Origin: Octopus vulgaris
Taxonomy: Eukaryota
DNA length: 64,000 nt
Assembly: GCA_951406725.2 (NCBI GenBank)
Contig: OX597817.1
Coordinates: forward strand, 136,276,001 to 136,340,000
Reading direction: 5' to 3'
Positions 36,586 through 49,622 of this stretch are shown piece after piece. The notes beneath the pieces were generated by a model. That model was not told the DNA's origin and did not search any database. It saw nothing but the letters and a program-made list of their open reading frames with translations. Positions within the stretch are counted from its first letter, which is position 1, and each line of letters starts with the position of its first letter. The position numbers and the translations under genes were made by a program.

Positions 36586-37620
36586 AAGTATGATTTAGTG
36601 AGAAATATTTTAGCAGAGCTGGAAGATTCCAGGCTGCATTCATTGTAATATCCATATTATGAGGATGCTTCAGTCAAGTTATATCTTCTCAACTTGGTAG
36701 CCTCCCTTACACCATAGTAATCCAGTCATTTGGGTCTACGACATTTCTGACCATCTAACCAGCTTTAACCAATAAGAATTCATCAAGTTAATGGTCTCAA
36801 AGCACATCACTTTCCACAAAAATTCATTAAATATTGTTTGATTGAACAGACTTACACTTTATATGTGAGAAACTTTGAGTGACAATAGAATGAATCACCA
36901 AAAGATAGCCTGCACTTACACGCGTATACATACGTACATACAGATTTTGTATTTACTTCACATGATTGTTCAAAAGTTCTAGCAGATATTGCACTTTAGG
37001 AGGGTCACTCTGCCAATACAAACACTCACAGCAATGGTTATAGTTCACCTTTATAATTGTTAATTAATTACTTAACAATAAAGTCGTTAACTTCAATGGC
37101 TATGACAATGTGTGTGTACGTGCATGAAGGTATTTCTGTCAGATACATTTAATACGATTTTTCTTCCTTTCTCCTGTTTTACTGCTTTATTCATATATGT
37201 TTTATATAAAATATATTTCTATGCAGCAAATTTAAACAGAATTGCCCTGGGGAAATTAACTCCAATAAATGTAATTTATCTAAGAGAAAACACAAAAAAG
37301 AAATTTTTTTAAAGCCATTACAAACAGTTAGTGTTTTAACTATTCACAACTGAAAGATGTTTTTACTTCAACTTCAAAGTAAACAGCATTAATGTAATCA
37401 ACAATACCGCTTTCATTAAAATGCAGTAAATATTTTATTTACTACATTTGAAGTCAATTTTATGTCATCTTGAAAACAACAAAAACAGTAATACATCTCA
37501 TGTGATATTTAAATACATTGAATTGCTTATAAAACATGAATATCCATTTAAAAAAACACAAATACTTATCAAGGTTGTATTGTTTAGGAAACAGCAATAC
37601 AGGTTTATAAAACAGTAATA

Positions 37621-37672
<52 letters not shown>

Positions 37673-38262
37673 AAGAGAGGGGGGAGAGAGAGAGACAGCT
37701 ATATGGATATATGCAAAATAACTTAGTGTTTATATACATACATATATCATCATCATCATCATCATCATCACCATCATTTTTCTAATGTCCACTTTTCCAT
37801 GCTCACATGAGTTGGGCAAAACATGTTGAGGCAGATCATTTTCTATGGTTGGATGCCTCTCCTCTTGTCATAACTTAACCTATTTCCAAGTGAAGTAATA
37901 TTTCCCTATGACCAGACATGTTTCCAGAGAAAATTGGAAATGAAGGAGACAATGTGCATGATGATTACACCCGTTTCTAACTATCATACAGTAATGCACA
38001 CACACACACACTTACGTATATACATCTATGTCATTCCCATCATTATCCTTGAATGCTCTCCTTCCATGCTGACTTGAGCTGGATGGTTTGATAGGCGCTG
38101 GCAAATTAGAAGACTGTGCCAACTTCTACTATCTGCTCTGATATGTTTCTACAGCTGGAAGCAGGCAGACAGTAGAACTTGGTGCAGTCTTCTGGCTTGC
38201 CAGTACCAGTAGAACAGTCCAGCCCATACCAGCATGAAAACTGGACATTAAACAATAATGAC

Positions 38263-38420
38263 AATTTTCTCTCCTTGTTTTTTCTGTGTCCCTTTCTGTA
38301 GAAGAGCATAGGCTTGAAACGTAAAAGACTTTTTCTATTCCTGAGCGTTATACTAATACATTTGTTTGTTTTGTATACCACCTGTCTTCGTCCTTTGCTT
38401 TTTTCGTAAACTCTCCCTAT
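38263..38420 (+). mobile_element. Short dispersed repeat with a hammerhead-like motif (38292-38327); second copy 47017-47165 (-)
   Basis: cttt-CTGTAGA-a-gagc atag gctt-GAAAC-GTA-aaag, followed by gagcgttatactaatacat shared with the 47 kb copy; ends in (TA)n. Confidence 0.65.
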
Positions 38421-39267
38421 ATATATATATATATATATATATAGGTTCAGGTGTAGCTGTGTGTTAAAGTGTTTGCTTCCCAACCATATGGGGGTCTGTG
38501 TTCATCCCACTGCATGGCACCTTGGACAAGTGTCTTCCACTATAGCCTCGAGCTGACCAAAGCCTTGAGTGCATTTGGTAGACAGAAACTGAAAGAAGCT
38601 TGTCATATGTATGTGTGTATGTGTGTGTGTGTATGTATGTATCCATGTGTGTGTCTTTGTGTTTGTATCTCTATGACTACTTGACAACTGGTGTTGGTGT
38701 GTTTACATCCCCATAACTTAGCGGTTTAGCAAAAGAATGATAGAATAGGCAGTGTTCCAGCATGGCCTCAGTCAAATGACTGAAACACAATAAAAAAAAT
38801 AAAAGAATAACTAAATAAAATCATGGTCATCCATACATACAGGGATGTCCTGCGGAGACGCTGGTACCATGCACTTGTGCCAGTTCCACGTGAAATGCAC
38901 TTTGGTTGGTGCTGCGTAGAAAGCACCCAACACACTCTGTAATGTGGTTGCCAGAACAGACAAATGGAGTTTGGTGAGCTGCCCCAGCTGGCCAACTCCT
39001 GTCAAACTGTCCAACCCATGCCAGCATGGAAAGCAGATATATGGTGATGATGATTCACACAGACACCCTGACACATACATATATATGGCATGACTGTGGG
39101 ATTAAGACGTTTGCTTCCCAACCAAATGGTTCTGGGTTCAGTCCCATTGTGTGGTACCTTGGGCAAGTATTTTCTACTATAGCCTTGGTCTGACCAAAGC
39201 TTTGTGAGTGGATTTGATTCAGGGGAACCAAAAGAAGCCTGTAGTATATATAAATATATACATATGC

Positions 39268-39308
<41 letters not shown>

Positions 39309-39779
39309 TTCCACACCACCACTTGACAAATAGTGTTGGTATGTTTATGTCTCAGTAACTTAGTAATTCCACAAAAGTAACCAACATAGCACCACGAAAA
39401 AAAAATGTAAGGGTGTCAATTCTTTGTCTAAAATTCTTCAAGGCATTCACTCAACATGGTGGCAATCTGATGACTAAAACAAGTAAAGATAAAATAAAAT
39501 ATATATATATATATATCATTTATACCTGCAATATATGGCTAATATAGGTTAAATGAGACATACTTATCTGCATGGCCGAAACAGCTGTCAGTTATAATGT
39601 ATATGTATTTTTATATCTTGTTATATTTATTTAGTTATATCTCATTATATTGATTGTAATTATTGTACTGTATTAATGTCTAATCTTAATGCTCTTGTGT
39701 AGTGTTTTAATAAAGTATATGATTCGGTATTATCTGATAGTTGATGAATGATTTAGATATATTTCTCCATTTCTTATTT

Positions 39780-39824
<45 letters not shown>

Positions 39825-40660
39825 CATCAACATCATCATCATTTAAAATCCACCTTCCATGCCGGCATGGGTGGGATGGTTTAACAAGAGCTGGTCAGGC
39901 AGAAGCCTGCACCAGAATTCTATGACTGTTTTGGGAGGATTTTCACAGCTGGATGCCCTTCCTTTTACAGTTAGGATTCCATTCCTAACACCAACTGTCC
40001 AGCAGTGTGGACTTAGTGCTTTTTACGTGCAACAAGCACAGGTGAGGTCAGTTTTATCAAGGTTTTTATGACTGGATGCCCTTCCACATGACAACCACAT
40101 TTTATGTGACACCAACACTGGCAGGGTCAACAAGTAACTTGCAAGACAAAGATTCTTTGAGAGGGGAGGGGGCATTGAAGGAGGTGATCTTGTGTCAGAT
40201 GATGGAAGGTTCAAATGTGACAGAGAGACAGAAAGGCAGAAACAGGTGTCTTGATGTAGAGGGGTTACATGGTTACCCAGCCAGAGAGAGAGAGAGAGAG
40301 GGGGGTACATTGAGAGCACAAGAAAGAGCAGGAGAATGATGGTGGCGAAGTGCTGAGGCATACTCACAAGGAAAAGGGATCAGGATATAAATGGGATGGT
40401 GGAATAAAGGAAGAGAGAGAGAGAGAGAGAGAGACGGTGGCAAGTGCAAATTATGTGGCACAAGCACAGACAAAGTGGGTTTTGGCAAGATTTTTACAGC
40501 TGGATGCCTTTCCAAATGCCGACCACCTCAGTGTGGACTGAATGCTTTTTAAGTGACACCTGCACTGACGGGATCACCAAGTAACTTGCAAGACAAAATC
40601 CTCTCCCACACACACACATATATGTACACACATACATATGTGTGTGAGTACATGAATATG

Positions 40661-40703
<43 letters not shown>

Positions 40704-40852
40704 ATAATTTTTGGACCAATGAGAATAAAGACTAGTGCTAAACCTATCTTCCATTTCCCTCATCAATTATTATATGGATATATATATACATACACACACA
40801 CATATACAAATACATATATATATATAACTAATTCACTATCTTATACAACTCA

Positions 40853-40902
<50 letters not shown>

Positions 40903-41169
40903 CTACATACATGCAAGATAATTCAGTATCTAGTATTTCTAATAAAAGAGCAGGAAAAATATTTCTTTTTGTAAAGAAATTTAGTTTTTAAAAATTGTCT
41001 AGTAAATGCATAGAAAAAGAAAAGAGAGTGTTTGAAAGAGAATTACTAATCTAAATTGATTGAAATGTGTCAAATGTAATGTAAAAATAGATCAATAATT
41101 TCTTCAGTAAGATATATTAGGAATATAAAATCAAAAGCTTATAATAATAATAATAATAACAAAACAATG

Positions 41170-41465
41170 ATGAATTGAAGTGAGGAATAAGCAGGTCGTG
41201 GGCAATGAAGAAAGTGGATGTGATACAAATAGAGACTGGTGCACTTGGAAGTATCAGTGTCGAACAACCAACATGGCTCAAGAAGATTAGAATAGATGTA
41301 AAGATAGAAGACCTACAAAAATCCTCATTGCTTGGAACTGCAAAAATTCTCTGCAGGGTTCTTGAAGCATGATCAGTAAATGAGTGTCACCTTAGTCTGC
41401 TGGCTGTGGGCAGCTGACACTTTCCATCATACCCAGTAAAAATAAAGCTGAGATTTTTCATGATA
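41170..41465 (+). pseudogene. R4/Dong-like 3' fragment
   Basis: DELK*GISRSWAMKKVDVIQIETGALGS...LQKSSLLGTAKILCRVLEA*; follows (AAT)n and ends at (CAA)n. Confidence 0.8.
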
Positions 41466-41489
41466 TAGCAACAACAACAACAATAAAGC

Positions 41490-42005
41490 TTTCTTTATTT
41501 ACCACTAAGGGTTTACAAAATAATATAAAATATTTGAGGGCTGGTACAGGACAATACAAGGAGAGATTACATAAAGAAGTGCGTAGAATGTAGAAAAATG
41601 AAGATAAAATAAATTTTTACAATGAATAATTCTTCAAAAGTGGGCAACTTCCTAGAGCTGCTAGTGAAAACTGCACAAAACCATGGCTGTCCTGCCCTCT
41701 CCATATCATTTTCTTTCAATTTACAGGTGCATGCTTAGAATGTTCACTCAGACCATTCTTGCCACATTCACCCAGCTTTCAACAAAATTGGTGGGAGGCA
41801 GCACTTCCTTTTCTACCATCACTTTCCTTTTCAAGTGAAACTTGAAAACGCTGATAAGGGCTTGGCCAAAGAGAGGAGTATCTGTCTTTAGTCCTTTCAA
41901 CCTTGTTGACTATACAACATCTTTTACTAAGACCACCAGACAAACACAGCCTGCCCTTCCTGACTAAAGGAAGGAGGCAGGAGAATCTTCACAATAGACT
42001 CAGCA
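41490..42005 (-). pseudogene. L1/Tx1-like non-LTR element 3' end
   Basis: Reverse strand gives ...VKDVV*STRLKGLKT...FKFHLKRKVMVEKEVL...FVESW..., then a T-rich UTR ending aataaag; pattern resembles Tx1/L1 ORF2 C-termini. Confidence 0.55.
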
Positions 42006-42009
42006 AGGA

Positions 42010-42398
42010 TTTTAAGGAACACAGCAAGCCAAATATTACATTAAAGACAAGTTAAGTAGAATTTGCATTCTGATTGATCCATGACGTCCATTTGATTTGA
42101 GGACTGTGAAGAAAGCAGATTAAAATTTGAAGAACTAAATCCCTTTAAATCTGAAATTGTAAGGATTTGGAAATTGAAATCTGTAAAGGTATGACATAGA
42201 CAAGTAGATAAAGGAGACTAGAATGGAATGTCCTGTAGTACTTCAGAAGGTTTGCCTCTTAGGAACTGCAAAGATCACCAGGAAGGTTTTGAATACTTGA
42301 TGGCTTATTGAAATCATGTGGATATCTAAAGGTACAGGTAATAACCCACAATCCATATAAATCCTACCTGAAACAAGACCAATCCTGAGTCAAAAATA
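42010..42398 (+). pseudogene. R4/Dong-like 3' fragment
   Basis: KSEIVRIWKLKSVKV and LQKVCLLGTAKITRKVLNT*; ends at (AAC)n(AAT)n 42398-42460. Confidence 0.7.
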
Positions 42399-42426
42399 TA
42401 ACAACAACAACAACAACAACAACAAC

Positions 42427-42461
<35 letters not shown>

Positions 42462-42505
42462 AGAGGGGGAAGATTTCTTTCACATGCTACTGATATTATT
42501 ACTGC

Positions 42506-42585
<80 letters not shown>

Positions 42586-43407
42586 CGGGGAGCTGGCAGA
42601 ATCATTAGTGCACCAGACAAAATGCTTCAAGACATTCTGTCCATCATTACATTCTAAGTTCACACTCTGCCAAGGTTGGCTTTGCCTTCCATTCTTTCAG
42701 AGTCAAATAAGAACCAGTTTCCTGTTTTTTACTTAATTTTTGAGAGCAGTTGTGAGAGCAATCGAGTTTATTTCAGAAATTCTCATTTTAAAAATCATCT
42801 CTGGCTAATCCTTGAGAAGACGTTGGTGTTGCCTTGGCAGAGGTTTGCGCTCTAGGAGTGCCCTTATCATTATTATCATTATTATTATTATTATTATTAT
42901 CATTATTATTATCATCATCATTATTATTATTATTATTATCATTACTGCCCCCTTCTTCTAACATCTCTGATGTCTCTTTCTTCCCTTTATTTTTAATATT
43001 TGTCTAAGTGTTAGAGTTGTAACTTCATTTCTGTTATTTCTTCACTAAACGTTGAATAATTAATCAGGAAACAAACATTATTTGGAAAAGAAAAAAAAGC
43101 AAGCAAACAAACAAACAAAACACTGCCAGGTTATTGCATTCATTGCAAAACTGTTGTTTGGTAATGGGTGACGTCATCACCATTGTCATTTTTTTTTTCC
43201 ATATAACCATGGGTTGGACATGTCAGAATGAGGCACCATTTCAAGGTTGGATGCCCTTCCTGATGCCAACCCTTGATTTCTGAGTTAGGTACTTTTTATT
43301 CGATTGGGCTCTGAAAGTCAGACCACCAAGTTACAGAAGATAGTATTTATGTGACACATAAACAAACATAAACACCACTTAGGTATAAAGAAACAGGCAC
43401 AGAAATG

Positions 43408-43450
<43 letters not shown>

Positions 43451-43586
43451 CCTCCTTCCTAGCCATGCAGATGACCAAAACCTTGTGAGTGGATTTGGTG
43501 AATGGAAACTAAAATGCAGCTGGTCAGTTATAGCTGTATATGCACACACACACACACACACACACGAATTCTCTCTAATAAATACG

Positions 43587-43831
43587 ACACATCTTTCGAT
43601 ACAACAAAGATCCACATATACACAGGATTTAAATTAAGCAATTGTTTACCTGTATAATGGGATCCAGGTGATATATAGTTGGATGTGTTAGCATTGAAGT
43701 CAAAGGTTTATTAACAGGAACAGCGATTCCTGAGGAGATACAACTGGATTCCATTATACAGGTAAACCATTGCTTAATTTAAATCCTGTGTATATGTGGA
43801 TCTATGTTGTATCGAAACATGTGTAGTGGTC
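43587..43831 (+). ncRNA. Inverted repeat (arms 43587-43670 and 43741-43824) overlapping a hammerhead motif with a 61 nt loop II (43725-43831)
   Basis: CTGAGGA(43730)-gatacaac...gttgtatc-GAAAC-atgt-GTA; perfect 8 bp stem II, palindromic stem III, weak stem I. Confidence 0.65.
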
Positions 43832-45231
43832 ATTAAATAGCTGTCTGACCATACTCCTTCTTGTTGACTCTATTTTTTCAATATATATATATATTGATAT
43901 GTAGATGCTAGTGCCATGATAAAATACATCCAGTACACTCAGTAAAGTGACTGATGTTAGGAAGGGCAGCTGACTGCAGAAACCAAACCAAAAATAAAAC
44001 TTCTTAACTCGGCAAAGACAGCGGTAACTTCAAATACAGGATGACTCTGACACATCAAACCTATGCCAGCATGGAAAGTAAATGTCAGATGATGGTGAGG
44101 ATGATGGTAGTGATGTATGTGTGTGTGTGTGTGTATTAAAAAGGCCACAAGTACTGTTGTGTCATTTCTCCTGCCAACAAACCACCCACTGGCTTTGCAC
44201 TTTTCAAGATATGTGAAACAAGAAATCCCTTACTTGATAACAACTAATGGTTAGAGAGAGGAAGAGCATCCAACCATAGAAGCCATGCCAAAATAGATGA
44301 TTGGAGCCTGGAGCAGACCTCCAGCTTGCCAACTCCTCTTAAACCATCCAACCCATGCCGACATGGAAAACAGTTTGTTAAATGATGAAGATACCGGCAT
44401 ACCTACTTACCTATATACATACATGTATAAATATATACACCTTGTACCTTTTGGGTCCACACAGAAACCACATCACCACTATTTTTATCTCTTTTCTGCT
44501 CTACCCTAACCACCCCCACCCTCTCTTCTAGAATCTGAGTAACCATTTAACCCCTCTACAGCAAGAAAACGTTTCTGCTTTGGCATCTTCCCTCAAATCC
44601 TTTATATCCTAGCATAAAGCCATATCTCTGGGGGTGCATAGTCTTGTAAGCTGCAATGGGAACCTTACTAGTGCTGGTTGCATGAAAAATGTACCCAGCA
44701 CAAGCCATAAAGTGGTTCGGTACCCCAGCATAGGCACCATGCCAAAAGTTGACAGTAGAGGAAAACTCAGTCCTTGGACACATTGGTTCCTGTCAAACCA
44801 TCCAATGCATAGATTATGGATATCAACTGATGATGGTAGTGGTGACACACCTGCTCAAACACACATATATATATAATGTGTGTAACACAATTATTCACAT
44901 GCAGGCTACCAACAGTTTCATGCAAGAAGTAGATCTTACTCAGGCTTATGGTTGTCTTACATTTGTCAATTGAATATCAAATAAAATATTCAAGATAGCC
45001 ATTCAATGAAATCTGTATAAGCTGAGAAAGTCTGAGACAATATGAGAACAAGTTCATTTGATTATAGTGAAGAAATGTAAAACCCAGTAAATGATTTAAC
45101 TGAGCATTTGAATTACAAGTACATCGCATGGCTTCCATACAGTTACTGTCCTGATAAAATGCATCCAATACATTCAGTAATGCAGGCAGGGGTTAGGAAG
45201 GGCATCCAGCTCTTGAAACTACCCAAGCCAA

Positions 45232-45322
45232 TACAGTTCTGTGTGCCCTTGGGCATATGGCATAGTGGTTAAGAGCACGGGCTACTAACCCCAAGATTCT
45301 GAGTTCGATTCCAGGCAGTGAT

Positions 45323-45366
<44 letters not shown>

Positions 45367-45513
45367 CAACAACATTGAAAAATACCCCAGGAATGAGAAC
45401 CCAAGTTCAAAATTTATCCAAGACACCTGATGAAGGCTGGAGAGTATATCAGCCGAAATGTTGTGTTAACAACAAACAAGATGAGGACAAATATCTGTCA
45501 AATCTAAATAATG
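45232..45513 (+). mobile_element. tRNA-headed, hammerhead-bearing short element, copy 1
   Basis: A box tggcatagtgg, anticodon-like arm gggct-act-aaccc, B box gagttcgattcc, (AAT)n, hammerhead at 45422-45467; TSD tacccaagccaa (45220-45231) / tacctaagccaa (45514-45525). Confidence 0.8.
45422..45467 (+). ncRNA. Minimal type-I hammerhead ribozyme motif
   Basis: gacac-CTGATGA-a-ggctg gagagtatat cagcc-GAAA-tg-TT-gtgtt; the three copies imply an ancestral GAAACGTT. Confidence 0.7.
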
Positions 45514-46769
45514 TACCTAAGCCAAGTTGTCAAAGCAGGCACAGAAAGGGAGGTTACTCTGAATAGGCACTGACTTGAAGAGTGACCAGTCCAATTTATG
45601 AGGATGATGATGATGATGAACATGCAAATGGAAATAAATGTATATAATTTAAACCTTGTCACTATTACTGGTTATTAAAATATTAATTTCTAAATTACGT
45701 AGAAGGCCACACACTATTGATGAGTTTATAATCCTTTTATACTAATCCTCAGTATATGACTGGTATCTATTTCATTAATCCTGTAAGGGCAAGTTGACTT
45801 GTTGAGAGATTTCAAGTGAGAATGTCAAGGAAGAGAAATAAATATTTAATGATATTTTTCCTCACCAATCTAACAATTGTGCCAATCTCTCATTCTTCAA
45901 ACCAAAAGCTAAGTTATTCAGAATAAAACTAAATAAAAAAAAAACAAACACAAAAATGGTGAAAAAGCAATGTTTTGTAAATGGTGACTGACGTCTTTCA
46001 GGATGAAAGGTGGTTCTTTCCAACACAGGTCGTCACCTTTATATACAATAAGTATTGATCATATTTAACCCTAGGCTCATGGGATATAGACTCTGTTAGA
46101 TCAATTTGTAAGATTTGAAGGCCTTTTCTTGAAATTTAAAACTTTACTCAATGACAAACTAGTTTTGTTGATAATTAAGATTATCTGGCAATTAGCCAAT
46201 AAAACTTCTCATTACACAGACACAATCTCCATTAATCTTCATGGATTGAAGGCATCCAACACTGACTGAAATGATTCAATGTTAGCAAGTCATCCAGTTA
46301 TTAATTGTTTCTGGTCAACATTAGTTACGGTTAAGGCATTAGTTTGGGGAAATTCTTTCCACTGTAGAAAAGATTTTCTTTCTTCAATAATGCATTTAAA
46401 GAAATAAGATATTCTACACAATTCACACACACACATATGCACACATAAGCAGACACAGGAATTATGCTGGAGTGGCTGTGCGATAAGAAGCTTACTTCCC
46501 AACGACATGTTCTGGGTTCAGTCCCACTATGTTGCGCCTTAGGCAAGCGTCTACTATAGACTTGGGCATCATGAGTGGATTAGGCAGGTGGAAACTGAAA
46601 GAAGCCAGTTGTATGTACATATGTGTGTAAGTGTGTGTGTGTGAGTCTATATATATACACACACACACACAAAATATGGGGTTTAATTCACAGGTAATCT
46701 AAACAATTAAGTATGCTGAGTAAGTGCTGTAATATATACCATTATCATTTTCCCCATCTTTCCTTATTT

Positions 46770-46824
46770 GTCTCTGATGACAGAATATCCTATACTCGGG
46801 ATATCTCAGAAACAGCTGTAAGAC
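46770..46824 (+). ncRNA. Type-I hammerhead motif in a PLE-like terminal remnant
   Basis: gtct-CTGATGA-caga-atatcc...ggatat-ctca-GAAAC-agct-GTA-agac: stem I gtct/agac exact, palindromic stem III acagctgt, base of stem II mismatched. Confidence 0.7.
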
Positions 46825-46918
46825 TTTGAATTTTTTCCAAAAATAATATTGTATATGAGTTGAGATGTTTGCCTTGCCTAAACGTTTGTAGTCCTCTTTA
46901 ACAATTATATATATATAA

Positions 46919-46968
<50 letters not shown>

Positions 46969-47016
46969 GTATGCATGTGTATGTGTGTGTGTGTGTGTGT
47001 ATATTTATATATATAT

Positions 47017-47165
47017 AGTGAGAATTGACAAAAAAACAAAAGACAAAGACGGGTGTGTAAACAACAAACAGATGTATTAGTTTAACGCTCGGGAAGTGAG
47101 GAAGTCTTTTACATTTTGAGCCTTCGACAGAAAGGAATACAGAACTAAACAGATAGAGAAAATAA
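47017..47165 (-). mobile_element. Second copy of the 38263-38420 repeat (hammerhead partly deleted)
   Basis: Reverse complement cctttCTGTCGAaggctcaaaatgtaaaagac...cccgagcgttaaactaatacat. Confidence 0.7.
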
Positions 47166-47184
47166 ACACACACACACACGCATC

Positions 47185-47228
<44 letters not shown>

Positions 47229-49582
47229 TACTTGTGTGTGGTGTATCTTTGTGTCTGTGTTTGACCTGCACCACAGCTTGACAGCTGGTGTTGGTGTGTT
47301 TATGTCCCCATAGCTTAGTGGTTCAACAAAAGAGACTAATAGAATAAGTACCAGGCTTGAAAAATAAGTACTAGGGTTGATTTGTTTGACTAAAATTCTC
47401 CAATGCAATTCCTCCCCATGGTTGCAGATTAATAGCTGAGAAAAGTAAAAAATAATTGATACATCCTCCTCCAGCCTCCTCCTCTCGTCTGACACACACA
47501 CACACACACCAACACATCGCACATTCCCTCTCTACGTCTGTTCAAATCATGCACAAATATTCCATGTGATGATATTCAACCAAAACCTTCCAGTTTATTA
47601 GAAAACCTTCCCTTTTCTTTTTCTGATACTCTGCTACTGCATCCAGTCACTATGGCAACCATCTCTCATTCTCTTCTTCAATAATTAAAATGATATTTAA
47701 ACCTCCAAAATCTCAGAAACAAAGTTGTCACTATTTTTTTCTCTTAAACTGGCACCTAAACAAGTGTGCAAACATATTACAAAAAAAAAAAAAATATTTA
47801 AATAAATGGCATGAAAATGGAATACTAATATTTCATAGAAATATCCATCCACTGTTAATAACTGGTCAACCTGTGGCTATAATTGAAATATCTTGTTAGT
47901 GGGACTGTTAGCTTTTTGCAAGACCTGTTAATCTGTGTTGCTTACATTCTTTCAAAAGTTAAAGCTACACAGACACACACACACATGCATACATATATAT
48001 TTAAGGTTACACAGACACAGGCACACACACACACACACACATATATATAAGGCTACACAGACATATACATATAAAGCTATACAGACACAAACACATAATG
48101 TTATACATACATATATATAAGGTAACACAGACACACATATACAAGGTTATACAGACATAGACACACCAACCTATTTCCCTAAAGACAATAAGAGAATCAA
48201 AGACAAGAAGCAAATATGGCCATGTACTCAAAGCTAGCATCACTTACTTTAGTGTTACAAATACTTAATCACCATGGAGATTGGCTTTTGTCAGACAGAA
48301 CTCAAATCTGTATGCACATCGATTTCTAAGAGCATTTACACAGAATTACCACACATACACACACACACACACACACATATAAGCTGATAATCAGACAAGC
48401 CAAAAGCCGCAAACTGAATGATGAAATGTTGCTCTGCTGGGTAATATACTGAAATTATGTATTTATTTCTATACACTTCAATAGTGAATACAACTTTATA
48501 AATAACTAAAATGTTAGACCAAAAGTGTTGTGGGCATGGAGATGAGAAATTATAAGAGACACCTGATTTAACAAAAAGACTAATTTGCTATCTGGACAGT
48601 TGTATTGGGGTTAACAAGATCTTTTAACAAATGATTACACAGCTAATATCTTGTAACAGTTGATGATTGGCAGACAATTCCTTTAAAATATCAATCTTTA
48701 TTATAATATAGCAATAGAAAACCTCTTAATGAACAGTCTGAGAGTTAGGTTTCATTCCCAATTGAAGATAATTCACTTACACTGACCATGCCCTTGGGAA
48801 AGTCTTGGACATTACAGACATCCAGTTCCAATGGTCAGAAATTACTGACACTTGTCAGTTGGTAGATTTAATCTGAAAGGAAAGGTACCTCACAGAGAAT
48901 TGTGAAGAATTATAATGAAATGGAGCTGAGATGTGTACTAATAATGATGCTGCTGGAAAATGCAAGTAAACATGAGGAAATATGTATCAGGTAAATTTCA
49001 ACATATCTACAACAGTGTGTCTCACAATCATCCTTATCAAGCCTTCCTAACCTCCAGACCCACAGGAAAGATTTTCACCAATCCTTCTTTCCCTAAACTA
49101 CAGTGTATTGGGTGGCCACACATCTACCTTGTATTACTCCACCAACCACACTACAGTGTATTGGGTGGAAGATTCAGAGCTGATTCACATGTCTCTGCTG
49201 CTTGGTGTGGTCACTGTCCAAACTTCAAGGGCAGTCTTCCTCTGTGGGTCCCATTCCATCTATGAAAGCAGTTTCTGAATGTGTGTGGGGGGTACTTGTC
49301 TATGGCCATATATATATGTACTGGCAATCATATGTATATGTGTGTATTTATGGATCATTATATATACTTTATATATATTATTTATCCATAAGTGCAGTTG
49401 TGGGTGTGTGAGTGAGTCATTCATCTCTCAACTGCAGTCTCTGGTTCTGTCTCTCTGATTGGTACTAGAGACAAGATTTTATTCTACAAGATTTGGTAGA
49501 TGGAAATTGAAAGAAGCCTATGTGTGCATGTGTATTTGTACATGTGTGTGTGTGTGTATATATATGCCATCATAATCATCAT

Positions 49583-49622
<40 letters not shown>

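Noticed and set aside
39575-39593. gccGAAACagctGTCagtt
   Set aside because: Only the 3' half of a hammerhead; no CTGANGA upstream, so counted as a remnant only.
45251-45325. Functional tRNA gene
   Set aside because: Acceptor stem does not pair properly and the sequence is the head of a dispersed repeat; the same applies to the other SINE heads.
45982-46037. ggtgac...gtcacc stem enclosing a minus-strand GAAAGACGTC
   Set aside because: No recognisable CTGANGA core.
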